Source of the DNA: an uncultured Gammaproteobacteria bacterium
GTDB taxonomy: Bacteria > Patescibacteriota > Microgenomatia > Levybacterales > UBA12049
Direction: 5' to 3'
Length of the DNA: 60,691 nt
Assembly (NCBI GenBank): GCA_964603935.1
Contig: CAZRWL010000004.1
Location: forward strand, 1-60,691
This document shows positions 8,818-17,897 of the stretch, piece by piece; position 1 is the stretch's first letter, and every line of letters begins with the position of its first letter. The notes beneath the pieces are model-generated. The model saw only the letters and a list, made by a program, of their open reading frames with translations, did no database searches and was not told the origin of the DNA. The translations under genes and the position numbers were made by a program.

Positions 8818-11379
8818 CTAAGCCTTCCGGAGAAACTCGGAGATTTTGGATTTGTCGCGGGAGAGCCAGAGGCTGTTTGCGCGAATTTGCTCTGTAACTT
8901 GAGCTATTGTTCTTTCCAGTCCTGGGGATGGATTTTTTTTGAAAAACTTCTCTATCTCCAAAGCTTTTTTACTGTCAACAAAATTAACAGCCGGCTGAAT
9001 AAACCGCGGATACAGATGTCCTCCGGCGAAAGTCTTTTGAATTAATTTCCAATTTTTCTGCAAGAAATCCCAAGCCAGGTCGCGCCCGGCCGGATTCGCC
9101 CAGACAAAACTTACTGCTTTAAATCTATCCTGAGCTCTGGTTTCCTGTGAAAAAGCGAATGTCAAAGTTTTCGTTAATAAATTTACGTCTTTAAACAAAC
9201 ACAAAGCCCTGAAAATTCTATCTTTCTCTTCCTGAAACGGAGTTTTGTCATACAAATTTTTAAGCATTGCATATTCATCATCTTCCCCATTTTCCGCAAC
9301 CAAATTATAGACAAGTCCCCGCAAATCAGAATCTATTTTTGATTTACTTTCAACAATTGACTTGAATAAATCCTTTGCTTTGGCAATTATTGCCTTATCC
9401 CCAAAAGTACCCGCAGCAAAAAGAACAATACTTCTTAGCAGGGTTTGGGCATGCTCTTCCTGAGGTTTTTTATCCCATCCGATTCTTACAGTAATTACGG
9501 CAAAAATTTCTCTGCAATATTTTCTGAAATTTACATGAAACTTTTCAGAGGAGATTAAATTATCCAAAGTTCTCAAATCCGCCGCAATCTGCGCCCAGAC
9601 AATATATTCATTTTCTTTTTTATAAGAAAGCGTCAGTTCCAGTGCCTTATCGGTTGCCATATGTCCTGACTGAGCCAGCGCGTAAGCATCTCTCACGATT
9701 CCAAACCTATCTTCTGCTGAAACCTTTTTTTCTTCGATTGAATCTTGCAATAATTGCAAGTTCTCAGCAGAATACTTTATGCGAACCAGACTTGTCTCTC
9801 CTCTATTAAGCTTTATTTGTTCCTTCTGCTTTGGCATTAAAATGGTCTTTTTTGAAAAAAGAAAAGAGTCAATAGGAATAAGCCAAACCGTTTTATCGTA
9901 AGACTTCTTTGCGGATATCGGACTTGAAAAAAATCTTGTTTGCGTAAGTTTCAGTTTTTTCGAAACGTCGGAAACGATAACTAACGGATATCCCGGCTTG
10001 CCTGTCCAATTCTCCATTATTTTTTCAACTTTTTTTCCTGACGCTTTCTCCAAAGCTTTCCACAAATCCACTGTTGCCGCATTGCCGTATTTGTGTTTTT
10101 CAAGATATATTTGCAATCCTTTTTGGAAATTTTTCTCTCCAAGATAAACTGCCAGCATTCTGATAACTGAAGCGCCTTTCGAATAACTGACAGCGTCAAA
10201 AATTTCACTGATTTCGCCGGGATGGCGCACCGCTACTTCAATCGGATGAGTGTTTTTCAAACCATCCAGCTCCAACGCTCTTGCATGATCCATAAAAACA
10301 AATTGCTTCCAAATATGCCAGTCGGGAAAGATTGAATCAACTGCAAGATATTCGATGTAAGAAGCAAATCCCTCATTGAGCCACAAATGCGTCCACCACT
10401 GCATGGTTACCAAGTTTCCAAACCACATATGCGCCAATTCATGCGCGATAACTAACGCAACCCACTGCTTATTCGCAGTTGAAGAAAGCTCCTCGTCAAC
10501 CAAAAGCGCTGTTTCCCTGTAAGTTACCGCTCCCCAATTCTCCATTGCTCCGGCTGCAAAATCCGGAATTGCGATTAAATCTAAAACAGGCAAAGGATAC
10601 TTAATCCCAAAGTAATCTTCATAAAACTCTAAAACCCGCACTGCCGTTGACAGCGCAAATTTTGCCTGATGTTTTTTACCGAAAGTTGTAAAAACCCTAA
10701 CTTTAAAAGCAGTTTTTACTTGCCCAGTGGAGCCTGTGCGAAAGCGGGATTCAATAAACTCAAATTTCCCAACAATAAAAGCCGCTAAATACGTTGACAT
10801 TTTTGGCGTTGGCGCAAATGTAACAACTTTGTATCCCGGAGAATGTTCTGCTACTTCTGTTTCAACCGTATTGGAAATTGCCGTGTGGTCTTGCGGAATT
10901 ATTAATTTAACATCAAAAACCGCTTTCTTGGCCGGTTCATCGAAGGAAGGAAAAGCCCGCCTGGCATCTGTTGATTCAAATTGCGTAACAGCCATATAAT
11001 GTTCTTTTCCGCCATGCTGGTACCTACTTCGATAAAATCCCCGCATTTTATCATTCAGAATTCCGGTAAATTTAAGCTGTAATTTTGTTTCCTCCGCTTG
11101 AGTCTTCTTTTCAAAAAACATTGTCGCTGTTTCCAATTTTTCATTGTAAGAAATGCTTTGTGATTTTAATTCTGTCGTTCCATCACGCAAAACAGCAGCT
11201 GTGATTTTGAGTTCAGCCGCGTGAAGGGTAATTTCGCTTACCGGCTTAGTCAGATTTAGCAAAATTTCTACTTCCCCGCCAAAAGTAAACTCTTTTAAAT
11301 TCGGAAAAAGAGTTATTGAATATCGTTTGGGGACAATATGATTAGGAAGTCTGACCTGTACTTTTTGCTTTAATTTCAT
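8818..11379 (-). CDS. pepN: M1 family aminopeptidase with ERAP1-like C-terminal domain
   Basis: GAMENWG, HELAH-x18-E (NEGFA), YSKG. Confidence 0.95.
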   Translation of the reverse strand: MKLKQKVQVRLPNHIVPKRYSITLFPNLKEFTFGGEVEILLNLTKPVSEITLHAAELKITAAVLRDGTTELKSQSISYNEKLETATMFFEKKTQAEETKLQLKFTGILNDKMRGFYRSRYQHGGKEHYMAVTQFESTDARRAFPSFDEPAKKAVFDVKLIIPQDHTAISNTVETEVAEHSPGYKVVTFAPTPKMSTYLAAFIVGKFEFIESRFRTGSTGQVKTAFKVRVFTTFGKKHQAKFALSTAVRVLEFYEDYFGIKYPLPVLDLIAIPDFAAGAMENWGAVTYRETALLVDEELSSTANKQWVALVIAHELAHMWFGNLVTMQWWTHLWLNEGFASYIEYLAVDSIFPDWHIWKQFVFMDHARALELDGLKNTHPIEVAVRHPGEISEIFDAVSYSKGASVIRMLAVYLGEKNFQKGLQIYLEKHKYGNAATVDLWKALEKASGKKVEKIMENWTGKPGYPLVIVSDVSKKLKLTQTRFFSSPISAKKSYDKTVWLIPIDSFLFSKKTILMPKQKEQIKLNRGETSLVRIKYSAENLQLLQDSIEEKKVSAEDRFGIVRDAYALAQSGHMATDKALELTLSYKKENEYIVWAQIAADLRTLDNLISSEKFHVNFRKYCREIFAVITVRIGWDKKPQEEHAQTLLRSIVLFAAGTFGDKAIIAKAKDLFKSIVESKSKIDSDLRGLVYNLVAENGEDDEYAMLKNLYDKTPFQEEKDRIFRALCLFKDVNLLTKTLTFAFSQETRAQDRFKAVSFVWANPAGRDLAWDFLQKNWKLIQKTFAGGHLYPRFIQPAVNFVDSKKALEIEKFFKKNPSPGLERTIAQVTEQIRANSLWLSRDKSKISEFLRKA

Positions 11380-11410
11380 TACGCAAAAGTATATAATAGA
11401 TCGTATTATT

Positions 11411-11493
11411 GGGCAAGTGGCGGAATGGTATACGCGGTAGTCTCAAAAACTACTAGTCGCAAGGCTGTGTGGGTTCGACTCCCTCCTTGCCCA
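11411..11493 (+). tRNA. tRNA-Leu (CAA), CCA not encoded
   Basis: Acceptor GGGCAAG/CTTGCCC + A; anticodon arm GTAGT-CTCAAAA-ACTAC; long variable arm; GGTTCGACT T-loop. Confidence 0.95.
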
Positions 11494-11503
11494 CTATTTG
11501 TTT

Positions 11504-11830
11504 ATGAAAAATTTAACTTTAAATCAGGCGGTAAAAGAAACCATAAAAGTAGCTTTAAAAATGCCCAAAAGTAAAGAATGGTTGATCCACAATAATTTCG
11601 CAGCTATGGTTGAAGAAGTGGGAGAATTAGGAAATGCCATTCAAGTGGAAGAAGGCTTCAAGTCTAAGAAGCGCAAAAAAGCGGAAATTGCAGACTCAAT
11701 CTGCGACATATTATATGAGCTTTTCAGAATAGCAAAATGGTATAAAGTAGACTTAAATGAAGAATATCCATTAGTGTTAAAACAAATCGATAATCGAAGA
11801 AAGCGCGGCGAATTTGATCATGATGAATAA
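11504..11830 (+). CDS. MazG-like nucleotide pyrophosphohydrolase
   Basis: MVEEVGEL...EIADSICDIL (EExxE...D pattern). Confidence 0.85.
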   Translation: MKNLTLNQAVKETIKVALKMPKSKEWLIHNNFAAMVEEVGELGNAIQVEEGFKSKKRKKAEIADSICDILYELFRIAKWYKVDLNEEYPLVLKQIDNRRKRGEFDHDE

Positions 11831-12410
11831 GCGGATTTTTATAGTTCACGGCTGGGGCGGAAATCCAAGGGAAAATTGGTTTCCCTGGTTAAGAAAAGAG
11901 CTGGAAGCCAAAGGTTTTGAAGTTTTTGTCCCCCAACTACCTGATCCTGAAAATCCAAGAATATACAATTGGGTTCCAAAATTAGCAGAAGCTGTTGGCA
12001 CAAACCAGGACGAACAAACCTATTTCGTGGGACACAGCATGGGTTGCCAGACAATCGCAAGATATCTTGAAAACTTACCAGAAAATATCCAAGTTGGAGG
12101 CGCAGTTTTTGTTGCCGGGTTTTTCAAAAGATTAACCGGACTTGAAGATGAACCCGGAGTTCCGGAAACTGATAAGCATTGGCTTGGTACGCCTCTTGAT
12201 TTAGCAAAAGTTAAATCTCATTTGCTTAAAAGTGTAGCGATTTTTTCAGACAACGACCCCTATGTTCCCTTAGATAATCAAGGCGATTTTAGAGACAAAC
12301 TCGGGTCAAAAATTATTATCGAACATCAAATGGGCCACTTCAATGAAAGCGCCGGAATAATCCAACTCCCCATCGCTTTGAAATCTGTTTTGGAAATTTC
12401 TAAAAAGTGA
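11823..12410 (+). CDS. RBBP9/YdeN family alpha/beta hydrolase
   Basis: IVHGWGG, NWFPWL, GHSMG, SDNDPYVP, GHF. Confidence 0.92.
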   Translation: MNKRIFIVHGWGGNPRENWFPWLRKELEAKGFEVFVPQLPDPENPRIYNWVPKLAEAVGTNQDEQTYFVGHSMGCQTIARYLENLPENIQVGGAVFVAGFFKRLTGLEDEPGVPETDKHWLGTPLDLAKVKSHLLKSVAIFSDNDPYVPLDNQGDFRDKLGSKIIIEHQMGHFNESAGIIQLPIALKSVLEISKK

Positions 12411-12436
12411 GATGCTGAAATAAATTCAGCATGACA
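12409..12436. repeat. 28-bp palindromic element, family A (GAGATGCTGAA-N6-TTCAGCATGACA)
   Basis: Related copies at 13777, 32003, 32040, 37384 and 50352; expanded 46-bp copies at 28590, 37936 and 48345. Confidence 0.9.
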
Positions 12437-12442
12437 ATGAAA

Positions 12443-13765
12443 TTACTCTGCTTCTCGTTTTTTGTCAACATTATAGAATTTGATGCGGTCGCCGCGAAAA
12501 ATCAAATCTATCTCTCCCATCGGACCGTTTCTGTGTTTGGCTATCAAAAGCTTGGTCTGCATGGTCGGAGTAATTTCTGCCTCAGGACGGTATAAAAACA
12601 TCACCACATCCGCATCCTGTTCGATTGCCCCTGATTCCCTCAAATCCGCAAGCTGTGGTTTTTTCTCTCCTCTATGCTCTACTGCGCGGGATAATTGCGA
12701 CACTGCCAAAACAGGAACTTTTAATTCCCTTGCTAAATTTTTTAGGGACTGGGAAACAATGGATACCTCCTGCACGCGATTGTCATACCTTCGACCCGGA
12801 TCAACAAGCTGAAGATAATCAACGATAAAAAGGGAAATATTTTGCTCCAAAATAAGACGCCTTGCTTTCGTGCGCATTTCGGATATTGTAATTCCGGGCG
12901 TGTCATCTATAAAAATCGGCGCATCTGCCAATTCCCCCATTGCGTGTGAAAGCTTTGTAAAATCAGAGTCTGTTAATTTTCCTGTTTTTATTCTCCATGC
13001 GTCAACATCCGCCTGACCTACCAACAAACGATCCACCAATTCCTCTTTGCTCATTTCCAAAGAAAATATCGCAACAGGGGTTTTGTCTACGACACCTGCA
13101 TGCTGGGCAATGTTTACGATCATTGCTGTTTTTCCCTGTCCGGGACGGGCAGCCAAAATCAGCAAATTGGACTGCTGCATTCCCGAAAGTGTATTATCCA
13201 AATCAACAAAACCTGTTTTTACTCCCCTTAACCCCGCTCCCTTCTTATGAAGTTCGTCAATTCTGTCAAAGCTTTCAGCCAATGCTTCTTTAAGAGGAAC
13301 AAATGATCTTAATGAACTTTTTTGGGATATTGCAAAAATTGATGATTCTGCTCTGTCCAGAACCGAATCGATTTCCTTGTCGTCCGCAAAACCCATTTCG
13401 GCAATTTGAGCTCCAGCCTGAATTAAAGACCTTTTTGTTGCAGCTTCTTTAATAAGAAGAGCATAATGTTCAATATTTGCAGCTGTTGGAACTGCATCAA
13501 CAAGTTCTGTCAAATAAGAGGACTCTATCTTCTGGGAAGTTTTATTTTTTTTAAGCTGCGCTCTCAAAGTTAATAAATCAATAGGTTTTCCCTGCTCATA
13601 CAAAGACAGCATTACCCCGAATATAATTCCATTAATAGGATTGTAGAAATCATCAATGGCAAGAAGCTGGGAAACTGTCGCAACAGCATCTTTATCTATG
13701 AGAATTGCTCCCAAAACACTGGCTTCCGCTTCTTCATTATGAGGGGGAACCTTCAATGTAGACAT
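12443..13765 (-). CDS. dnaB: Replicative DNA helicase
   Basis: PPHNEEAE, AARPGQGKT, DYLQL, QLSRAVE, DLRESGAIEQDAD, KHRNGP; no intein. Confidence 0.98.
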   Translation of the reverse strand: MSTLKVPPHNEEAEASVLGAILIDKDAVATVSQLLAIDDFYNPINGIIFGVMLSLYEQGKPIDLLTLRAQLKKNKTSQKIESSYLTELVDAVPTAANIEHYALLIKEAATKRSLIQAGAQIAEMGFADDKEIDSVLDRAESSIFAISQKSSLRSFVPLKEALAESFDRIDELHKKGAGLRGVKTGFVDLDNTLSGMQQSNLLILAARPGQGKTAMIVNIAQHAGVVDKTPVAIFSLEMSKEELVDRLLVGQADVDAWRIKTGKLTDSDFTKLSHAMGELADAPIFIDDTPGITISEMRTKARRLILEQNISLFIVDYLQLVDPGRRYDNRVQEVSIVSQSLKNLARELKVPVLAVSQLSRAVEHRGEKKPQLADLRESGAIEQDADVVMFLYRPEAEITPTMQTKLLIAKHRNGPMGEIDLIFRGDRIKFYNVDKKREAE

Positions 13766-13776
13766 AACTTATTAAA

Positions 13777-13804
13777 TGTCATGCTGAACTTGTTTCAGCA
13801 TCTC
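13777..13804. repeat. Family A palindromic element (intergenic)
   Basis: TGTCATGCTGAACTTGTTTCAGCATCTC. Confidence 0.9.
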
Positions 13805-13820
13805 ATTATGACAAGAATTA

Positions 13821-14339
13821 TCATCCAAGCGTTACCACTTCCATTTTCTCCGGCAGTTTGTCTTTTGTTATTGTTATTTTGGACACTGGAATTGCATTCT
13901 CAACACCCAGCGCTTTTGCCGCTTCTGCTTTTTTATCTCCATACAATATTGTAATTTTTGGCTCCAGGCCTGTTATTGACGATTCGCTAAATTCATCATC
14001 TGTATTTATTACTGCGACCTGACATTCATCAAATCCATCAACTTTCGATTCTGTTGTTTTGCCCAAAATAACACTTACGGCATCTATTGAAAACCTGTAT
14101 AGAATTCCTTTGGGAGTTGATGTTCCTGAGATTTTTGCGCCCCCAACCTCATATCCTCCCGGACCGCTTATGATCATTCGCGAGTCAGTTATCCTTGATA
14201 AATCAACATTGCCGACTCCATCCAGAAGAGCTATCGCGTCCGCACTCGTTTTTGGCATTTCTCTTGCGGGGTCTACGATAAAAGTTGCGCTTTTGCCTTT
14301 AATCTTTATAGTATTTTTGCCAATAATCGAAATATCCAC
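13821..14339 (-). CDS. Degenerate MBL-fold (Lactamase_B_3-like) protein
   Basis: IKIKGK..IVDP, GPGGYEVGG, LEPKITI; the HxHxDH metal motif is absent. Confidence 0.7.
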   Translation of the reverse strand: MDISIIGKNTIKIKGKSATFIVDPAREMPKTSADAIALLDGVGNVDLSRITDSRMIISGPGGYEVGGAKISGTSTPKGILYRFSIDAVSVILGKTTESKVDGFDECQVAVINTDDEFSESSITGLEPKITILYGDKKAEAAKALGVENAIPVSKITITKDKLPEKMEVVTLG

Positions 14340-14420
14340 TCCAACATCCTACCACAGAGATATTTTCTTGACAAGTATTGCCTTTTATCGTATTATCACT
14401 TATCCAAGAGATTTTCAAAA

Positions 14421-14846
14421 ATGAAAAAAGAAAAACTTATCCTCTCTTTTATCGCTATTGTCTTCGGTCTTTTAGCCGCGGGTGGAATATTCTATATTCT
14501 CCAAGCAGCAAAAACAGTTCCCGCAAATAATGCCAATATTGCATCTCTTATTTCTCCAACGCCAACTCCTATTCCTTCTGTTTTTTTAACTATTGACCGG
14601 CCTAAAGACGAAGAGGTTGTAACCAGCAAAATATTAACCATTTCGGGAAAAACCGTAAGTAATGCCGTCATTGTTATCATCACCGATTCCTCCGAAGACG
14701 TAATTACCCCCGCATCTAATGGCAATTTTTCCGCGACTGTTAAAATCGACAATGACCAAAATATTATACAAATCACAGCTATCGCGCCGAACGGAGAACA
14801 GGTTACGGTTAAAAAAACAATCACATATTCACAAGAAGAATTTTAA
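14421..14846 (+). CDS. Membrane-anchored Ig-like domain protein
   Basis: N-terminal TM, PTPTP linker, beta-rich LTISGKT...GNFS...NIIQITA. Confidence 0.75.
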   Translation: MKKEKLILSFIAIVFGLLAAGGIFYILQAAKTVPANNANIASLISPTPTPIPSVFLTIDRPKDEEVVTSKILTISGKTVSNAVIVIITDSSEDVITPASNGNFSATVKIDNDQNIIQITAIAPNGEQVTVKKTITYSQEEF

Positions 14847-14849
14847 TTT

Positions 14850-15533
14850 ATGTATAAAAAATTTTTATCATTATTGCTAATTGTTAATTGCTACTTGTTA
14901 ATTGTTGCGCCTTTGGCGCTGGCTGCCACTCCAACTCAGGATGATAGAACGCAGGAAATAAGAGATCAACTGATAACAAATATTGCCTCCCGCGTTGCGC
15001 AGTTAAAATTAGTTGAAAAACGCGGAATAATAGGCATAGTTATCAATGTTACCAATACTCAAATTACCGTTACAGACTTACAGAACAATACGCGCTTCAT
15101 AGATGTTGACGAATTGACTAAATTTTCTTCTCCCAATGCCAGAGGAACTTATGGAATTTCAGACATTAAAAAAGACTCAGCTATCGGAGTTTTGGGATTA
15201 TACAATAAGGAATCACGAAGAATTTTAGCCAGATTTGTCAATGCTATAACTGTTCCGCTTATCGTTCATGGAGGTGTTGCTGCAATTGATAATGAAAATT
15301 TCGCCATAACTATTGCAACGGAAAAGGGTAAAGAGATTATTGCTGACATAGAAGCCTTGACCAGAACTTACTTGTACACACAAGAAGAAGGATATGGCAG
15401 ATCCGGATTTTCAAAAATTAAAGAAAATTACAGCATTATAGCTGTTGGCGTAAAAGACATAAAAGACAACCAAAGAATGACTGCAACCAGAATTATATTT
15501 TTCCCGGAAATTCCCGCCAGACTTCCAAAATGA
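14850..15533 (+). CDS. Secreted protein with repeated beta (DUF5666-like) modules
   Basis: Signal peptide ALA; two G-x-V..I..TKF/SDIK...G repeats. Confidence 0.65.
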   Translation: MYKKFLSLLLIVNCYLLIVAPLALAATPTQDDRTQEIRDQLITNIASRVAQLKLVEKRGIIGIVINVTNTQITVTDLQNNTRFIDVDELTKFSSPNARGTYGISDIKKDSAIGVLGLYNKESRRILARFVNAITVPLIVHGGVAAIDNENFAITIATEKGKEIIADIEALTRTYLYTQEEGYGRSGFSKIKENYSIIAVGVKDIKDNQRMTATRIIFFPEIPARLPK

Positions 15534-16657
15534 TTACTCATTTAATTAAACTTCGGCAGGAGATAGCCAAAAATAAATTGGATGCAGCGTTAATCTCTTC
15601 AGTATCCAATATCATTTATTTAACAAAATATTCAGGATTTTCAAAAGAGGAACGTGAAGCATATTTATTTATTACTCAAAACCAGCAATATATTCTAACT
15701 GACGGGAGATATGCTCATGCGATTAAAACATTAATTCCAAATTTTAAATTAATCGAAATCTCCTCAACGAATTCGGCAGAAGATATATTAAAAAAACTTA
15801 AAACCAAACACAAAATAAAAAGGCTCGGCGTTGAAGAAAATAATTTAACCCACAAAGAGTACAAAGAACTTTCTGCCTGCTTTAATGACCTGCCTGCCGG
15901 CAAGGCGGGTTTAAATCATTTTAGTTTGAATAATTTTCGTGCAATAAAAAACGGGAAAGAAATTTCCGCAGTAGAAAAGGCTTGTAAGCTTGGAGATAAA
16001 ACTTTTGCTTATATTCTAAAAAAAATTAAACTCGGAGTTTCGGAAAAAGGGGTAGCAAATGAAATAGAATTTTTTATCAAAAAACATGGCGCTGACATTT
16101 CTTTCCGTCCAATCGTTGCTTTTGGAAAAAACTCAGCTATTCCCCACCACGTTTCTACCCATAACTCCAAACTCTTAACTCATAACTCAATCATATTGTT
16201 GGATTTCGGTGTTAAATTAAATAACTATTGTTCCGACATGACCCGCACAGTCTTCTTCGGCAAACCAAGTCCCGAACAGAAACGCATGTACAAAACCGTT
16301 CTCCAGGCGCAAAAGCTTGCCATCGAATCCCTCACCTCGGATGGTGGCAGGCTGAGCTTGCGAAGCCATGACTCCTCCGAGGTGGATCGAATCGCCCGCG
16401 ATTATATAATTTCTAAAGGCTACTCAACTATCCCCCACTCTCTCGGTCATGGCATCGGCATTGACGTCCACGAATCTCCCCATCTTTCTCCCAACTCCAA
16501 AGATATATTAAAAGAAGGCATGGTTTTTTCCATCGAACCCGGAATTTATTCTCCAAATTTTGGTGGAGTCAGAATCGAAGATTTAGTGGTTTTGGAAAAA
16601 AACAATGTCCGCCTCCTCACCCACTCCCCAAAAGGCCCTCTTGACATATTGTCATAA
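15530..16657 (+). CDS. pepP: Xaa-Pro aminopeptidase (M24B) carrying three in-frame repeat insertions
   Basis: Creatinase_N domain, DFG, YCSDMTRT, HSLGHGIG, EPGIY, GVRIED. Confidence 0.93.
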   Translation: MITHLIKLRQEIAKNKLDAALISSVSNIIYLTKYSGFSKEEREAYLFITQNQQYILTDGRYAHAIKTLIPNFKLIEISSTNSAEDILKKLKTKHKIKRLGVEENNLTHKEYKELSACFNDLPAGKAGLNHFSLNNFRAIKNGKEISAVEKACKLGDKTFAYILKKIKLGVSEKGVANEIEFFIKKHGADISFRPIVAFGKNSAIPHHVSTHNSKLLTHNSIILLDFGVKLNNYCSDMTRTVFFGKPSPEQKRMYKTVLQAQKLAIESLTSDGGRLSLRSHDSSEVDRIARDYIISKGYSTIPHSLGHGIGIDVHESPHLSPNSKDILKEGMVFSIEPGIYSPNFGGVRIEDLVVLEKNNVRLLTHSPKGPLDILS

Positions 16658-16677
16658 ATATGACATTATAATTATAT

Positions 16678-16911
16678 ATGCAGCTTATACGAACGACTTT
16701 GAGATTAAAAGAAAATCTAAAAAAACGTGCAGAAAAAAAAGCGTTTGACGAAAACGTAAGCTTACAAGCTATTTTTAACCAAGCTCTGGAACAATATCTT
16801 GAAAAAGACGCTAAGAAACAAGCAAAAAAAATTATATTAAAAGCATATCACTTCGGTAAAAATTTAGATAACTTAACCCGCAATGATTTCTACCCTGACC
16901 CAGAAATTTAA
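16678..16911 (+). CDS. Ribbon-helix-helix antitoxin
   Basis: RTTLRL...SLQAIFNQALEQYL; promoter palindrome TGTCATA-AA-TATGACA at 16650-16665. Confidence 0.8.
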   Translation: MQLIRTTLRLKENLKKRAEKKAFDENVSLQAIFNQALEQYLEKDAKKQAKKIILKAYHFGKNLDNLTRNDFYPDPEI

Positions 16912-16912
16912 T

Positions 16913-17341
16913 ATGCTAATCGACACAAATATCTTAGTTTATTCTATCAATCTAGATTCACTAAAATATAAACAAGCCAAAGAATTTATAAACAATAACC
17001 TAGGCAGACTGGAAATTGCTCACCAGAATATTCTTGAAGCGATTAGAGTATTAACTCATAAAAAATTTTCCAATCCTAGGAAATTAAAAGAAGCGCTAAG
17101 TTCTACTTTGTCAATCGCGCAATCATGTTCCCTGATTTCGCCCAATCAGAATACGCTCTATCTGGCACTTGAGTTAATTAAAAAACATAACTTGAGCGGA
17201 AATAGGATTTTTGATGCTTATCTCACTGCAACAGCGCTCTCCAACGGAATTACGTCAATTGCTACAGACAACACCCGAGATTTCAAGAAATTCAATGGAA
17301 TCAAAACCATTAACCCTTTTGCCTCAACAATCCGCAATTAA
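16913..17341 (+). CDS. VapC/PIN domain toxin
   Basis: MLIDTNILVY, E, IFDAYL, TDNTRDF. Confidence 0.9.
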   Translation: MLIDTNILVYSINLDSLKYKQAKEFINNNLGRLEIAHQNILEAIRVLTHKKFSNPRKLKEALSSTLSIAQSCSLISPNQNTLYLALELIKKHNLSGNRIFDAYLTATALSNGITSIATDNTRDFKKFNGIKTINPFASTIRN

Positions 17342-17359
17342 ATTCCGATATTTTGATAC

Positions 17360-17388
17360 TTGACTTTCGTTGGGTAAAGTGATATAAT
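17360..17388 (+). promoter_or_regulatory. Sigma70 promoter (TTGACT-17-TGnTATAAT) overlapped by a 20-bp imperfect palindrome GACTTTC-N6-TAAAGTG (HisR-type operator)
   Basis: Palindrome at 17362-17381 resembles the YACTTTA-N6-TAAAGTR motif recalled for TrpR-family HisR regulators; lies directly upstream of the TrpR-like gene. Confidence 0.65.
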
Positions 17389-17401
17389 TTAGTATGATAC
17401 A

Positions 17402-17686
17402 GTGAAAATTGACAGCCGCAATAAGAATGTCTCCGATCTTTTAAGAGTGTTCCTTGCTTTAAAAAATGAAAAAGAGTGCTGGAAGTTTTTTAGAGATTTA
17501 TTAACAGAAGCGGAAATAAAAGAATTCGCAAATAGATGGAAGGTTGCCAGAATGCTTGATCAAAAAAATTACTACGAAGCAATTGAAAAAGAAACCGGTG
17601 TAAGCAGCACAACAATTGCCCGGGTAAATAAATGGCGAACGAAAGGCGAAGGCGGATTTAAAACAATGTTAAGAAGATTAAAATAA
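17402..17686 (+). CDS. YerC/YecD TrpR-like repressor (HisR-like)
   Basis: ECWKFFRDLLTEAE...RWKVARML...TGVSSTTIARV...G.GG; GTG start. Confidence 0.92.
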   Translation: MKIDSRNKNVSDLLRVFLALKNEKECWKFFRDLLTEAEIKEFANRWKVARMLDQKNYYEAIEKETGVSSTTIARVNKWRTKGEGGFKTMLRRLK

Positions 17687-17738
17687 AACTTATGAAATCT
17701 CAACCGCCGTCGAGACTTGAAGAGCATTCGGGATTTTC

Positions 17739-17768
17739 TTGACAATATGCAAAACAACATGATATAAT
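17739..17768 (+). promoter_or_regulatory. Consensus sigma70 promoter TTGACA-18-TGnTATAAT
   Basis: TTGACA 17739-44, TATAAT 17763-68; the ATG at 17776 sits at about +1 (leaderless). Confidence 0.8.
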
Positions 17769-17775
17769 ACTTTAT

Positions 17776-17835
17776 ATGACAAACGCAAGATTAAAATTTG
17801 CCTATCATTATTACACCACCTTAATGGCGGCGTAA
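17776..17835 (+). CDS. Attenuator leader peptide MTNARLKFAYHYYTTLMAA
   Basis: 19-aa ORF between the promoter and the terminator; codons TAT CAT TAT TAC at 17803-17814 overlap pairing segment 1. Confidence 0.75.
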   Translation: MTNARLKFAYHYYTTLMAA

Positions 17836-17860
17836 TTTTTGTTGCTTAAAAAATAATTAC

Positions 17861-17883
17861 ACCGCCGGACAGGCGGTTTTTTT
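17861..17883 (+). terminator. Attenuator terminator ACCGCC-GGACA-GGCGGT + T-tract, with antiterminator 17826-37/17855-66
   Basis: Mutually exclusive 1:2, 2:3 and 3:4 pairings are readable in the sequence. Confidence 0.82.
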
Positions 17884-17897
17884 GTGGCTTAAAATAT

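Noticed and set aside
11411-12440. tRNA-Leu as an integration site with an att duplication
   Set aside because: No repeat of the tRNA 3' end and no integrase were found in the window.
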